Numbered from the stretch's first letter, positions 1 through 8,082 are shown. The stretch: DNA of 26,864 nt from a candidate division WOR-3 bacterium (GCA_965648935.1 CBFGIY010000030.1:1-26864); one strand, 5' to 3'. Program-made: numbers and translations. Notes: generated from the sequence alone by a model not told the origin.

Positions 1-417
1 GGGTCGAAAAAGCGCGTGAAAAGCGGCGGCGACCTCGAAACCGACGGCCGGCGCCTGTACGCGCTCAAGGGCGGCAAAACCAACGAGGCCTGGGCCTGGG
101 GACCGCTGGGCCTGGCCGCGCGCGCACCCGCAGAAGCAAGGGCCGGGGTTCAGGGCGCGGCCGGCACCCGGCCTGCGGAGTGCAAAATCGCACCGGCAGG
201 CAATCCGATGCGGGCCGGCAGTGCGGGCCTGCGCTACAGCCTGGGCACCGGCGCGCCGGCGCGGCTGGCGGTCTGTGACGCGGCCGGCCGGGTTGTGTTC
301 GAGCGGGTCGTGGCCGGGCGCGGCGCGGTCGCCCTGCCCGGACTCGGGCGCGGGGTTTACACGGCCCGGCTCACCGGGCCGGGGCACGCGCGAATCGCGC
401 GGATAGTGGTGTACTAG
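1..417 (+). CDS. 3' end of a secreted protein: last beta-propeller (Kelch-like) blade plus a secretion-system (T9SS/FlgD-like) C-terminal domain; starts upstream of the window
   Basis: Frame open from base 1 (GSKKRVKSGG...). Propeller-like 'LYALKGGKTNEAW', then CTD-like 'NPMR...LRYSL...RLAVCDAAGRVV...LGRGVYTARL...RIVVY*'. Confidence 0.7.
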   Translation, partial: GSKKRVKSGGDLETDGRRLYALKGGKTNEAWAWGPLGLAARAPAEARAGVQGAAGTRPAECKIAPAGNPMRAGSAGLRYSLGTGAPARLAVCDAAGRVVFERVVAGRGAVALPGLGRGVYTARLTGPGHARIARIVVY

Positions 418-470
418 GCGGCCGTGCCGGGCAGGCAGGGACACGGGCCGCCGGGCCGGGACTGGCCGGC

Positions 471-498
471 TTGACTAGCAACCAGCCGGTTCTAGAAT
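471..498 (+). promoter_or_regulatory. sigma70-type promoter for the pepP-efp operon (near-leaderless)
   Basis: TTGACT (471-476), 16 bp, TAGAAT (493-498). ATG 508 follows 9 nt later with no SD. Confidence 0.65.
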
Positions 499-507
499 CT
501 CGGCCTG

Positions 508-1569
508 ATGCAATCACGCATATCACGCCTGCGCCGCCTGCTCAAGCGCGAAGGCCTGGACGGGTTCATCGTGACCGGCCCGGCCAACCTGCGCTACCTG
601 TGCGGCTACACCGGCTCGAACGGGCTCCTGCTTGTAACCCTCAAGAAAGCCGTGTTTTACACCGACTTCCGCTATGCCGAGCAGGTGCGCGCCGAGGTGC
701 GCGGCTGTCGCTCAAAAGTGCTGACCCGCGACCTGTTTTCCGGATTCCCGAGCGAGGACGCCGGAGGGGTCAGACGCATCGGCATCGAGGAAAACCTGCT
801 CACCGTGGGCCGATACCGGATGCTGAAGAAGCGACTGCCCCGGGCCCGGGTCGTGCCGTCGGGTGACCTGGTCCTGGAACTGCGCCGGACCAAAGACCCG
901 GCCGAGGCCGAAACCATCGCGCGGGCACAGCGCATCACCGACGCGGTGTTCGCCAAGACCCTGGAACTGGTGCGGCCCGGCGTGACCGAAAACGAGCTGG
1001 CCCTGGAAATCGACTTCGGGTTCCGCGCCCGCGGCGGCGAAACCGCGTTCACCTCGATCATCGCATCGGGCCCGAACGGCGCCAGGCCCCACGCCGGGCA
1101 CGGGCCGCGCAGGCTCAAAAAAGGCGACGCGATCACCTTCGACATCGGCTGCCGGCTGGACGGCTACTGCTCGGACATGACCCGGACGGTCTTTCTGGGA
1201 AAAGCGCCGGCGCGGATGCGGCGGGTGTACGAGATCGTGCGCGAGGCGCAGGAAAAGGCGCTGGCCGCAATCCGGCCCGCTCTGGCCGCGAGCGCGGCCG
1301 ACGCGGCGGCGCGCGAAGTCATCGCCGCGGCCGGATTCGGCCGGTACTTCGGCCACTCGCTCGGCCACGGGGTCGGGCTGGACGTGCACGAGCGGCCGGT
1401 CCTGGCGGCCACGAGCCGGGACACCCTGCAGCCCGGCGACGTCGTCACGGTCGAACCGGGCATCTACCTGCCGGGCGAAGGCGGCGTGCGCATCGAGGAC
1501 ATGGTACTGGTAACCGGGACCGGACTGCGCAACCTCACGCGCAGCCCCAGGGAACTCATCGAGCTATAG
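508..1569 (+). CDS. pepP: Xaa-Pro aminopeptidase/dipeptidase (peptidase M24B)
   Basis: Creatinase-like N-domain (NLRYLCGYTGS, TDFRY). Metal-ligand motifs DIGC..DGYCSDMTRT, HSLGHGVGLDVHE, TVEPGIY, GVRIED. Adjacent to efp. Confidence 0.95.
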   Translation: MQSRISRLRRLLKREGLDGFIVTGPANLRYLCGYTGSNGLLLVTLKKAVFYTDFRYAEQVRAEVRGCRSKVLTRDLFSGFPSEDAGGVRRIGIEENLLTVGRYRMLKKRLPRARVVPSGDLVLELRRTKDPAEAETIARAQRITDAVFAKTLELVRPGVTENELALEIDFGFRARGGETAFTSIIASGPNGARPHAGHGPRRLKKGDAITFDIGCRLDGYCSDMTRTVFLGKAPARMRRVYEIVREAQEKALAAIRPALAASAADAAAREVIAAAGFGRYFGHSLGHGVGLDVHERPVLAATSRDTLQPGDVVTVEPGIYLPGEGGVRIEDMVLVTGTGLRNLTRSPRELIEL

Positions 1570-1579
1570 CGAGGCGAAA

Positions 1580-2137
1580 GTGATCACACCCAACGAATTC
1601 ACGACCGGCACGCTCATCAAGTACAAGGACGGCATCTACGTCGTGCTCAGCCACTCGCGCTCGCGCACGGCCCAGCGCCGCGCCCGCGTGCTGGCGAAAA
1701 TACGCAACATCAGGACCGGCGCGACGGTCGAAGAGAGCTTCGAATCCGAAGTCAAGCTCGAGGAAGTCGAGATGGAGCGGCGCAAGAGCCAGTATCTCTA
1801 CACCGACGACACCGGCTGTCACTTCATGGACCTCGAAAGCTACGACCAGTTCGTCCTCTCGCGCGAGAGCCTCGGCGATAACGTCTACTACCTCACCGAC
1901 GGCGTGGAGATCGAGGTCAGCTACATCGAGGGCCGGCCGGTCAACGTCGTGCCGCCGATGTTCGTCGTGCTCGAAGTCACCGAAACCGAGCCCAACTTCC
2001 GCGGCGACACCGCGACCGGCGGCGGCAAACCGGCGACGCTGGAAACCGGGCTGGTCGTCACCGTGCCGTTCTTTGTCAAAGTCGGGGACCGGATCCGGAT
2101 CGACACCCGCGACAACAGCTACGTCGAGAGAGCGTGA
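1580..2137 (+). CDS. efp: Translation elongation factor P with non-canonical tip loop (TAQRRA)
   Basis: GAGG SD plus GTG start, 185 aa. Canonical C-terminal motif GDTATGGGKPATLETGLVVTVPFFVKVGDRIRIDTR. Confidence 0.96.
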   Translation: MITPNEFTTGTLIKYKDGIYVVLSHSRSRTAQRRARVLAKIRNIRTGATVEESFESEVKLEEVEMERRKSQYLYTDDTGCHFMDLESYDQFVLSRESLGDNVYYLTDGVEIEVSYIEGRPVNVVPPMFVVLEVTETEPNFRGDTATGGGKPATLETGLVVTVPFFVKVGDRIRIDTRDNSYVERA

Positions 2138-2253
2138 GACGGAATCGCCGATTGCCGATCTCCGATCGCACATCGCACATCGGACATCGGACTTCGCACT
2201 TCGGAAATCGGAAATCGGACTTCGGACTTCGCACTTCGGAATGTGAGCGATAA
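2134..2253 (+). other. Putative 39-aa bridging mini-ORF across heptamer array A (MRRNRRLPISDRTSHIGHRTSHFGNRKSDFGLRTSECER)
   Basis: GTG 2134 overlaps the efp stop (GTGA). TAA 2251-2253 lies inside the start of the next gene (GTG 2243, 11-nt overlap). Confidence 0.4.
2144..2241. repeat. Heptamer tandem array A (14 x 7 bp)
   Basis: ATCGCCG ATTGCCG ATCTCCG | ATCGCAC ATCGCAC ATCGGAC ATCGGAC TTCGCAC TTCGGAA ATCGGAA ATCGGAC TTCGGAC TTCGCAC TTCGGAA. Confidence 0.95.
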
Positions 2254-3607
2254 GCCGGCCGCCCTGCCGTTCAAAAAACTCCTGATCGCCTGCCGCGGCG
2301 CGGCCGCGCTGCGCGTGCTCCGCGCCTGCCGCGAGCTCGGCCTGCCCGCGGCGGTCGCCTACTCCGAGCCGGACCGCGACGCCCTGCCCACGATGCTGGC
2401 CGACGAAGCGGTGTGCATCGGCCCGGCACCCGAAGCCGACAGCTATGCCAACCTCTCGCGCGTGCTCTCGGCCGCCGAGATAACCCGCTGCGACGCGCTC
2501 CACGCTGGCGACGGCCCCCTCGCCGCGAACCCCGAATTCATCGACGCGGCCGGCGCCTGCGGCGTCGCGTTCATCGGGCCGGACGCCGAATCGGCCCGGC
2601 GGCTGTCCGACCGGCTGCTCTGCCGCGAGCTGGCGCGCGCGGCCGGCGTGCCGGTCGTGCCCGGGTCGGACGGCGAAACCCCGGGCCCGGCCGAAGCCGC
2701 AACCGCGGCCGAACGGCTCGGCTACCCGGTCCTGTGCCGCCCGGCAACCGGCCACAGCCCGCGGCGGGTGGTGCGGCGCGACCGCGACCTCGAACCGGGC
2801 CTGCGCCTCTGCCAGGCCGAAGCCAGATCCGCGACCGGGGACGGCCGGGTGTACATCGAAAGACTGCTGGAGAGGTGCCGGCGCCTGCGCGTGCCGGTGC
2901 TGGCCGACGCCACCGGCGCGGTTGCCGCGCTGGTCGAGCGCGACCTGTCGGTCCAGTTCCGGCGCCGGGTCCTGATTGACGAAAGCCCGTCGCCCGCGGT
3001 CGGGCCGGAACTGCGCGCCCGGCTGCTCGCCGCGGCCGAAGAAGCGGCCCGGGCGCTGGACTACCGCCGGCCCGGCGCCGTTGACTTCCTGCTCGAATCG
3101 GACGACCGGTTCTACTTTGCCGGGGCAGGGGTCCGGCACGGGCCGGACGAAGCCGCGACCGAAATGCTCACCGGGCTGGACTGGACCGCGGCGGCAATCC
3201 GCGCCGCGGCCGGGCAGGAGATTGTCGCGGACAGCCGGCAGCGCGCCGCGCCGGCCGAAGGGCACGTGATGCAGGCCTGCATAGCCGCGGAAAACCCGGA
3301 CGCCGAGTTCGAACGCACCAGCGGGCTGGTCACCGAAGCGCGCTTGCCCGGCGGCCCGGGCGTGCGCACCGACGGCTACATCACGCCGGGCTACGAAGTG
3401 CCGCCGGTGTACGACCCCCTGCTCTGCACCGTGACCGTCCGGGCCGGGGACCGGCAAAGGGCCATCGCGCGCCTCGCACGCTGCCTGACCGAAACGACAA
3501 TCAGCGGACCGAAGACCACGCTGGGACTGCTGCGCCGGATACTCGCCGGGCCGCGGCTTGAGCGCGCCGAACTGCACTGCGCCGCGCTGGAAGAGGAGCT
3601 GGGATGA
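2243..3607 (+). CDS. accC: Biotin carboxylase (AccC) homologue, full length but active site degenerate
   Basis: Colinear with AccC: KKLLIACRG..LRACRELG, LADEAVCIGP, FIGP, AGVPVVPGSDG, GYPV, LPGGPGVRTD, PPVYDPLL. Catalytic motifs are altered (see findings). Confidence 0.85.
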   Translation: MSDKPAALPFKKLLIACRGAAALRVLRACRELGLPAAVAYSEPDRDALPTMLADEAVCIGPAPEADSYANLSRVLSAAEITRCDALHAGDGPLAANPEFIDAAGACGVAFIGPDAESARRLSDRLLCRELARAAGVPVVPGSDGETPGPAEAATAAERLGYPVLCRPATGHSPRRVVRRDRDLEPGLRLCQAEARSATGDGRVYIERLLERCRRLRVPVLADATGAVAALVERDLSVQFRRRVLIDESPSPAVGPELRARLLAAAEEAARALDYRRPGAVDFLLESDDRFYFAGAGVRHGPDEAATEMLTGLDWTAAAIRAAAGQEIVADSRQRAAPAEGHVMQACIAAENPDAEFERTSGLVTEARLPGGPGVRTDGYITPGYEVPPVYDPLLCTVTVRAGDRQRAIARLARCLTETTISGPKTTLGLLRRILAGPRLERAELHCAALEEELG

Positions 3608-3663
3608 AGCCCAGACTTCGAACGCCGAACGACGAACTTCGCACCTCGAACGCGGGAGGCTGA
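3604..3663 (+). other. Putative 19-aa bridging mini-ORF across heptamer array E (MKPRLRTPNDELRTSNAGG)
   Basis: ATG 3604 overlaps the accC stop (ATGA). TGA 3661-3663 abuts comB GTG 3664. Contains GGAGG SD. Confidence 0.4.
3610..3651. repeat. Short degenerate heptamer array E (6 x 7 bp)
   Basis: CCCAGAC TTCGAAC GCCGAAC GACGAAC TTCGCAC CTCGAAC. Confidence 0.75.
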
Positions 3664-4422
3664 GTGAGAATTGACGTGGCGCCGACCCCGCGCGAACTGC
3701 GGGAACCGGACCAGGACGACGCGGTCGTGGTCATCGATGTGTACCGGGCGAGCACGACCATAGTCACGGCCATCGCCGCCGGCGCGCGGCAGATACTGCC
3801 CGTGACCGATGTCGAACAGGCGGTGCGGCTGGCGCGGCCCTTCGGCGCGGGCGAAGCCGTGCTCGCCGGCGAACGCGAATGCCGACGCATCGAAGGCTTC
3901 GCGCTGGGCAACTCGCCGCGCGAGTACACGCGCGAAGCTGTCGGCGGCCGCACCGTTGTCTTCACCACCACCAACGGCACCGAGGCCCTGCTCGCGGCCG
4001 GGGACGCGGGGCTGGTACTCGTGGGCTGCTTCCTGAACCTCTCGCGCGTCGCCGCGCGCCTGCGCGGTGACGCAGCGCACCTGCGCGGTGACGCAGCGCA
4101 CCTGCGCGGTCGGGACCGGGTGACCATACTCTGCGCGGGCAACGAAGGGCGGCTGAGCCTGGAAGACTTCATCTGCGCCGGCGGGCTCGTCACGCGGCTG
4201 GAACACGCCGGGGCCGAACTGACCGACGCGGCCTGGGCCGCATCCGCGGCATACGAACGACTCGAAGGCAACCTGCGCGCCTGCCTGCTGGACACCGAAC
4301 ACGCCCGGCGCCTCGCCGCGCTCGGCTACGCGCAAGACCTCGACCTCGCACTGCGGATAGACTCGGTGCCGGAACTCCCGCGCCTGACCGACGGCCGCAT
4401 CGGGACGGATGGGCAAGACTGA
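3664..4422 (+). CDS. comB: 2-phosphosulfolactate phosphatase (ComB family)
   Basis: VVVIDVYRASTTI, LAGER, GFALGNSPREY, TTTNGT, LSLEDFICAG motifs. GGAGG SD. Confidence 0.93.
   Translation: MRIDVAPTPRELREPDQDDAVVVIDVYRASTTIVTAIAAGARQILPVTDVEQAVRLARPFGAGEAVLAGERECRRIEGFALGNSPREYTREAVGGRTVVFTTTNGTEALLAAGDAGLVLVGCFLNLSRVAARLRGDAAHLRGDAAHLRGRDRVTILCAGNEGRLSLEDFICAGGLVTRLEHAGAELTDAAWAASAAYERLEGNLRACLLDTEHARRLAALGYAQDLDLALRIDSVPELPRLTDGRIGTDGQD
4060..4110 (+). repeat. In-frame 21-bp tandem duplication inside comB (LRGDAAH x2 + LRG)
   Basis: CTGCGCGGTGACGCAGCGCAC at 4060-4080 and 4081-4101, plus CTGCGCGGT at 4102-4110. Confidence 0.95.
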
Positions 4423-4444
4423 ACCCCCGCCAACCCTGCCCGAC

Positions 4445-4473
4445 TTGACCTAACCCACCGAACTAACTAGAAT
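4445..4473 (+). promoter_or_regulatory. sigma70-type promoter upstream of the TPR gene
   Basis: TTGACC (4445-4450), 17 bp, TAGAAT (4468-4473) in a locally AT-rich patch. Confidence 0.7.
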
Positions 4474-4483
4474 TATTAGCCCG

Positions 4484-4639
4484 ATGGCCCAGGGAACAAC
4501 AGGACCACGGGCGGAACGCGAAGGCATGTTGCAAGGAACTGACACCCCTCCCGGCCGGCCGGAACTGACCCTCTCGGACAGGGCAGGGACACGCGCCGGC
4601 CTCGAACCCTGCCCGGCACCGGGGCCGGCGCAACGATGA
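4484..4639 (+). other. Putative 51-aa leader ORF coupled to the TPR gene
   Basis: ATG 10 nt after the -10 box. Stop TGA 4637-4639 overlaps TPR ATG 4636 (ATGA). Confidence 0.3.
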
Positions 4640-6306
4640 AAGCAGTGGGCGCCGAAAACAGCCGGCTGGCCCAGGCAATCGGCCAGATCGACAGCCTGCT
4701 AGAACGAACCGCCCGCTACTACCCTGACGACCTGCCAGCCAACGACATCCAGCGGCTTACCGGCTGGCAGGCCACCCTGCGCCGAGAGGGCGGCGTGCTG
4801 GTCGAGTGGACCGCAGAAGAATTCGCCGGCTTGGGCAGCCTGGCCCGGCACAAAGAAGCGGCCCGGGCCCACGCCGAAGCGCTGCTGGTCGCCGAGGCGC
4901 TGGGCGACACCATACTCAGCGCCGCGGACCGCGACGACCTCACCCGCCGGGCGCTGGGCATTATGCCGGGCAAGGAGGTCCAGCGCTTCGCCGAAATATG
5001 GGCCTGCGCCGAGTTACGGCCGGCGCGGGTGGTCCGCTCGGCCGCGACCCTGCTTGAATCGCTCGACGCGGTCGAAGCCGAATACGGCACGGCCACCGGG
5101 CTGGCCTGGGTCCTGCTGGCGCTGGCTGGCGCGCGCAGTCAGGCCGACCTCGCAACCGCGGCCGGCCGGCTCGACGCCCTGTTTGTCCGGCTGACCATGC
5201 TGCCGGCGGTACTGCAGGCCCTGCAGAGCGCGGAATCGGGCGCGGACCGGTTCAGCGCGCGGTTCGGCCTGCTCTCGGCGGTGCACGAAGGACTCTGGCA
5301 ACTCGGGCCGGACCGCGTCGGCCACGAGTTCCTGCTCACTCATGTGCTCGAACGCTACCTCGCCGGCGAACCGGGCGCGGGCGACTCGCTCGGACTGGCC
5401 CTGCTCGACTCGATCATCCTGGCCAAGCTCGGATTCAAGGTGCGCCACACGGTCGAGGAAGGCGTGCTGCGGCTGGTCGTGGCAGTCGAGGGACGGTCGG
5501 TCCACTGGGAAGTGGTCGAGCACCTGCCGCTCTCGTTCGTGCCGGTCACCCTCGGCCACGAACTCGATCGACCCGAGCTGTTCGCGCTGGTCTACGGCAG
5601 CATCGGGACGCTTTGCTACACGCGTGGCCTCTACGACAAGGCGGTCACCAACTTCGAGCGCGTGCTCGAGCTCCGGCCGCGCTCGGTCGAGGCCATGGAC
5701 AGCCTGGGCTCTTCGCTGCTGCGCAAAGGGACCCCGGACAAGGCCGTCAAGGTGCTGGAGCGCGCTCTCGAGCTTGCGCCGGACTCCGCCGAGGTGCATT
5801 ACCACCTCGGAATCGCCCGGTCGATGATGAGCGACTGGCATCGCGCCGTCGCCGCTTTTCGCGTGGCGGTCAACCTGCGGCCGGGCTATGCCGAGGCCTG
5901 CAATAACCTCGGCATCGCCTACATGCGCACCGGGGACCGGGCTCAGGCCGAGGCGGCGTTCACCGCGGCGCTTGAAAGCCGGCCCGACTACTGGGAAGCC
6001 TGCTACAACCTCGGCAACCTGTACCTCGAGTCGGGCGACTGGCCTGCCGCGGTGCGCTGGTACCGCGAAACCGCGCGGCTCCAGCCGCGCCACGCCGGGG
6101 TGTGGTACAATATGGGACAGGCCTACTATTCAAAAGGCGACCTTGACGCCGCGGTCAGCGCCTACCAGCGCGCGTTGCAGGTCGAACCCAAGCATTTCGG
6201 CGCCTGGCACAACCTCGGCATCGCCTACCGCGACAAGGGCCTGACCGAGAAGGCGGTCGAAGCGCTGGAGCGGGCTGTGAGCATTAACCCCAACCTGATG
6301 AGATGA
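4636..6306 (+). CDS. Tetratricopeptide repeat protein with a central SirB1/transglutaminase-like region
   Basis: About 7 C-terminal TPRs (e.g. AEACNNLGIAYMRTGDRAQAEAAFTAALESRP). 'FLLTHVLE...GDSLGLALLDSIILAKLGF' resembles the SirB1/Transglut_core2 motif. Confidence 0.88.
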   Translation: MKAVGAENSRLAQAIGQIDSLLERTARYYPDDLPANDIQRLTGWQATLRREGGVLVEWTAEEFAGLGSLARHKEAARAHAEALLVAEALGDTILSAADRDDLTRRALGIMPGKEVQRFAEIWACAELRPARVVRSAATLLESLDAVEAEYGTATGLAWVLLALAGARSQADLATAAGRLDALFVRLTMLPAVLQALQSAESGADRFSARFGLLSAVHEGLWQLGPDRVGHEFLLTHVLERYLAGEPGAGDSLGLALLDSIILAKLGFKVRHTVEEGVLRLVVAVEGRSVHWEVVEHLPLSFVPVTLGHELDRPELFALVYGSIGTLCYTRGLYDKAVTNFERVLELRPRSVEAMDSLGSSLLRKGTPDKAVKVLERALELAPDSAEVHYHLGIARSMMSDWHRAVAAFRVAVNLRPGYAEACNNLGIAYMRTGDRAQAEAAFTAALESRPDYWEACYNLGNLYLESGDWPAAVRWYRETARLQPRHAGVWYNMGQAYYSKGDLDAAVSAYQRALQVEPKHFGAWHNLGIAYRDKGLTEKAVEALERAVSINPNLMR

Positions 6307-6404
6307 CGATGAATCTTCGATTGCCGATTGTCGATCGCCGATCTGCGGCCGGAACTACTCCCACAGGGGCGAAGCCAACCGGCCGCACTGACAGAGAGAG
6401 GTAA
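6303..6404 (+). other. Putative 33-aa bridging mini-ORF across heptamer array D (MTMNLRLPIVDRRSAAGTTPTGAKPTGRTDRER)
   Basis: ATG 6303 overlaps the TPR stop (ATGA). TAA 6402-6404 is 3 nt before the next ATG 6408. Confidence 0.4.
6313..6347. repeat. Short heptamer array D (5 x 7 bp, left-arm type units only)
   Basis: ATCTTCG ATTGCCG ATTGTCG ATCGCCG ATCTGCG. Confidence 0.8.
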
Positions 6405-6407
6405 GCG

Positions 6408-7235
6408 ATGGCGCTGCGCGACTGGCCGATTTTCGGCGGACTGGCCCGGTTGTTTTCCAGGAAGTCCGAATACGTCTGGACCCCGGGCCGCATCGGGCCG
6501 CGCTTCAAGTGGCTCGACCACACTCACCTGCATATCTTTGACGGCCCGCTCGCGGGCCGGCAGGTCGAGCTGATCACCGAAGTGATGGAGAAAAAGGCCA
6601 ACTGCTTCAGCTACCTCGACGGCAAGCAGGTCGGCCGCTGCTACATCGAGCGCGACCCGCCGGGCAAGGGCATCGTGCTCTGGGACATCGCGGTGCAGGA
6701 CGGGCTCCGGCGCCACGGCCTCGCCTCGATCATGACCTACACCATCTTCCGCGAGCTGCTCACCCAGCAGAACACCGCGACGTTCAAGATCCGAATGATG
6801 CGGTTGATGAAGCCGACCGACCGCAACGTCGAGCTCCAGAACGTCGGCATCGGCGTCATCGGCAACCGGCTCGGATTCATTCCCGAGTTTGACATCAAGA
6901 AGGTGCTCGCCCCGAGCAACATCACCGGGATGGAGATTCTGCCGGCCAAGGGCAACTTCCCGCCCAGCTTCAAGATCGTCATCCGCACTTTTCCCCTTGT
7001 CCTCATCGCCTTCATCCTGGACCAGGACACGCTCAAGCCGGTCGACGACTTTCGCACCTACGTGAAGCTGAGCAAGGACGAGACGATCGTCTATGACTGG
7101 GTGCGCCGCGGCCTCATCGTCGTCGGCAATGGCAACTACATTCTGCGCGCCGGCGGCATCGACCAGTTCGTCAATCACATCGCCACCGACCAGTTCGAGG
7201 CAAAGGTTTTCCGGCGCCGCATCAAGCCGATCTAG
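6408..7235 (+). CDS. Hypothetical protein with a GNAT-like acetyl-CoA-binding motif
   Basis: GAGAGG SD and coding-like codon bias. 'LWDIAVQDGLRRHGLASIM' fits GNAT motif A (V...RxxGxA). Confidence 0.75.
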   Translation: MALRDWPIFGGLARLFSRKSEYVWTPGRIGPRFKWLDHTHLHIFDGPLAGRQVELITEVMEKKANCFSYLDGKQVGRCYIERDPPGKGIVLWDIAVQDGLRRHGLASIMTYTIFRELLTQQNTATFKIRMMRLMKPTDRNVELQNVGIGVIGNRLGFIPEFDIKKVLAPSNITGMEILPAKGNFPPSFKIVIRTFPLVLIAFILDQDTLKPVDDFRTYVKLSKDETIVYDWVRRGLIVVGNGNYILRAGGIDQFVNHIATDQFEAKVFRRRIKPI

Positions 7236-7248
7236 CGCGGCGCGAGGG

Positions 7249-7377
7249 GTGGACGAGATTTCCGATCTCCGATTGCCGATCTCCGATCGCAAATCGCACT
7301 TCGGAAATCGGAAATCGCACATCGGACATCGGACTTCGGACTTCGGAAATCGAACTTCGGAAATCGGCGATTTTTGA
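7249..7377 (+). other. Putative 42-aa bridging mini-ORF across heptamer array B (MDEISDLRLPISDRKSHFGNRKSHIGHRTSDFGNRTSEIGDF), relayed by a second mini-ORF 7374/7380-7415
   Basis: GTG 7249 is 13 nt after the upstream stop. Its TGA overlaps TTG 7374 (in frame with ATG 7380; MVDNRRPAVDN*), which stops 4 nt before ATG 7420. Confidence 0.35.
7258..7369. repeat. Heptamer tandem array B (16 x 7 bp)
   Basis: ATTTCCG ATCTCCG ATTGCCG ATCTCCG | ATCGCAA ATCGCAC TTCGGAA ATCGGAA ATCGCAC ATCGGAC ATCGGAC TTCGGAC TTCGGAA ATCGAAC TTCGGAA ATCGGCG. Confidence 0.95.
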
Positions 7378-7419
7378 CCATGGTTGACAATCGGCGGCCG
7401 GCCGTCGACAATTGACCCC

Positions 7420-8082
7420 ATGCCGGCCAAGTTCAGGCTCGACCAGTATCACTCGATCGAGATCTCCTTCGTCAAGCTGAGCGAGAAGTACGGCTGCGGC
7501 CTGATGCTGAAGAGCCTGCCCCGCGCGGGCGGCCCGGACCCCTTCGTCAATGCGATGGGTAATTACGGCTACACGGCCGTGTATGCCGACCGGGCGGCGC
7601 AGAGGGCGCTTGAGAACTCCGGCCTGCTGAAGCAGTTCTACGACGGCGCGTTCGCGGACAAGTCTCCCCTGCGCCAGAATTTCAAGCAGGTGTACGGCCA
7701 TCTCGAGGTGCTGATGGCCTGCGATGCCGCGGCGAAGTCGGCGTGGTTCGTGGCCGAGCCGCAGAATCGGATGGCGCTGGCGAACTATTTCCGCGACGCT
7801 ATATCGCTGAGTCTGAAGGCTTCGGGCGTGCTCCTCACCGGCTCGATGGTGCGGCTGACCGCGGTCGGCTGGCAGAATCTCTACGACCTTCTTCCGGACA
7901 GGCTCCTCAACGAGCGGCGCGATATCCAGCGGGTCGAGGTGCTGAGCGTGCTGTCGGGCGTGCGCTGGCGGCCGCCATCGCTGTCGGTCGGCGTGACCGC
8001 GCTGAATTTCCGCGAGCCGGCCGAGCTGAAGGCCGCTCTCACCGAGGCGCTGGGCGCGGCCGGCACCGAGGTTCAGACCTGA
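7420..8082 (+). CDS. Hypothetical protein
   Basis: Globular-looking ORF with coding codon bias. ATG 7420 preferred over TTG 7384. Stop overlaps the thiN start (TGATG). Confidence 0.75.
   Translation: MPAKFRLDQYHSIEISFVKLSEKYGCGLMLKSLPRAGGPDPFVNAMGNYGYTAVYADRAAQRALENSGLLKQFYDGAFADKSPLRQNFKQVYGHLEVLMACDAAAKSAWFVAEPQNRMALANYFRDAISLSLKASGVLLTGSMVRLTAVGWQNLYDLLPDRLLNERRDIQRVEVLSVLSGVRWRPPSLSVGVTALNFREPAELKAALTEALGAAGTEVQT

Noticed and set aside
434..4593. Shared 12-mer GGCAGGGACACG at 434-445 and 4582-4593
   Set aside because: Only two copies, at different positions relative to their promoters; compatible with chance.
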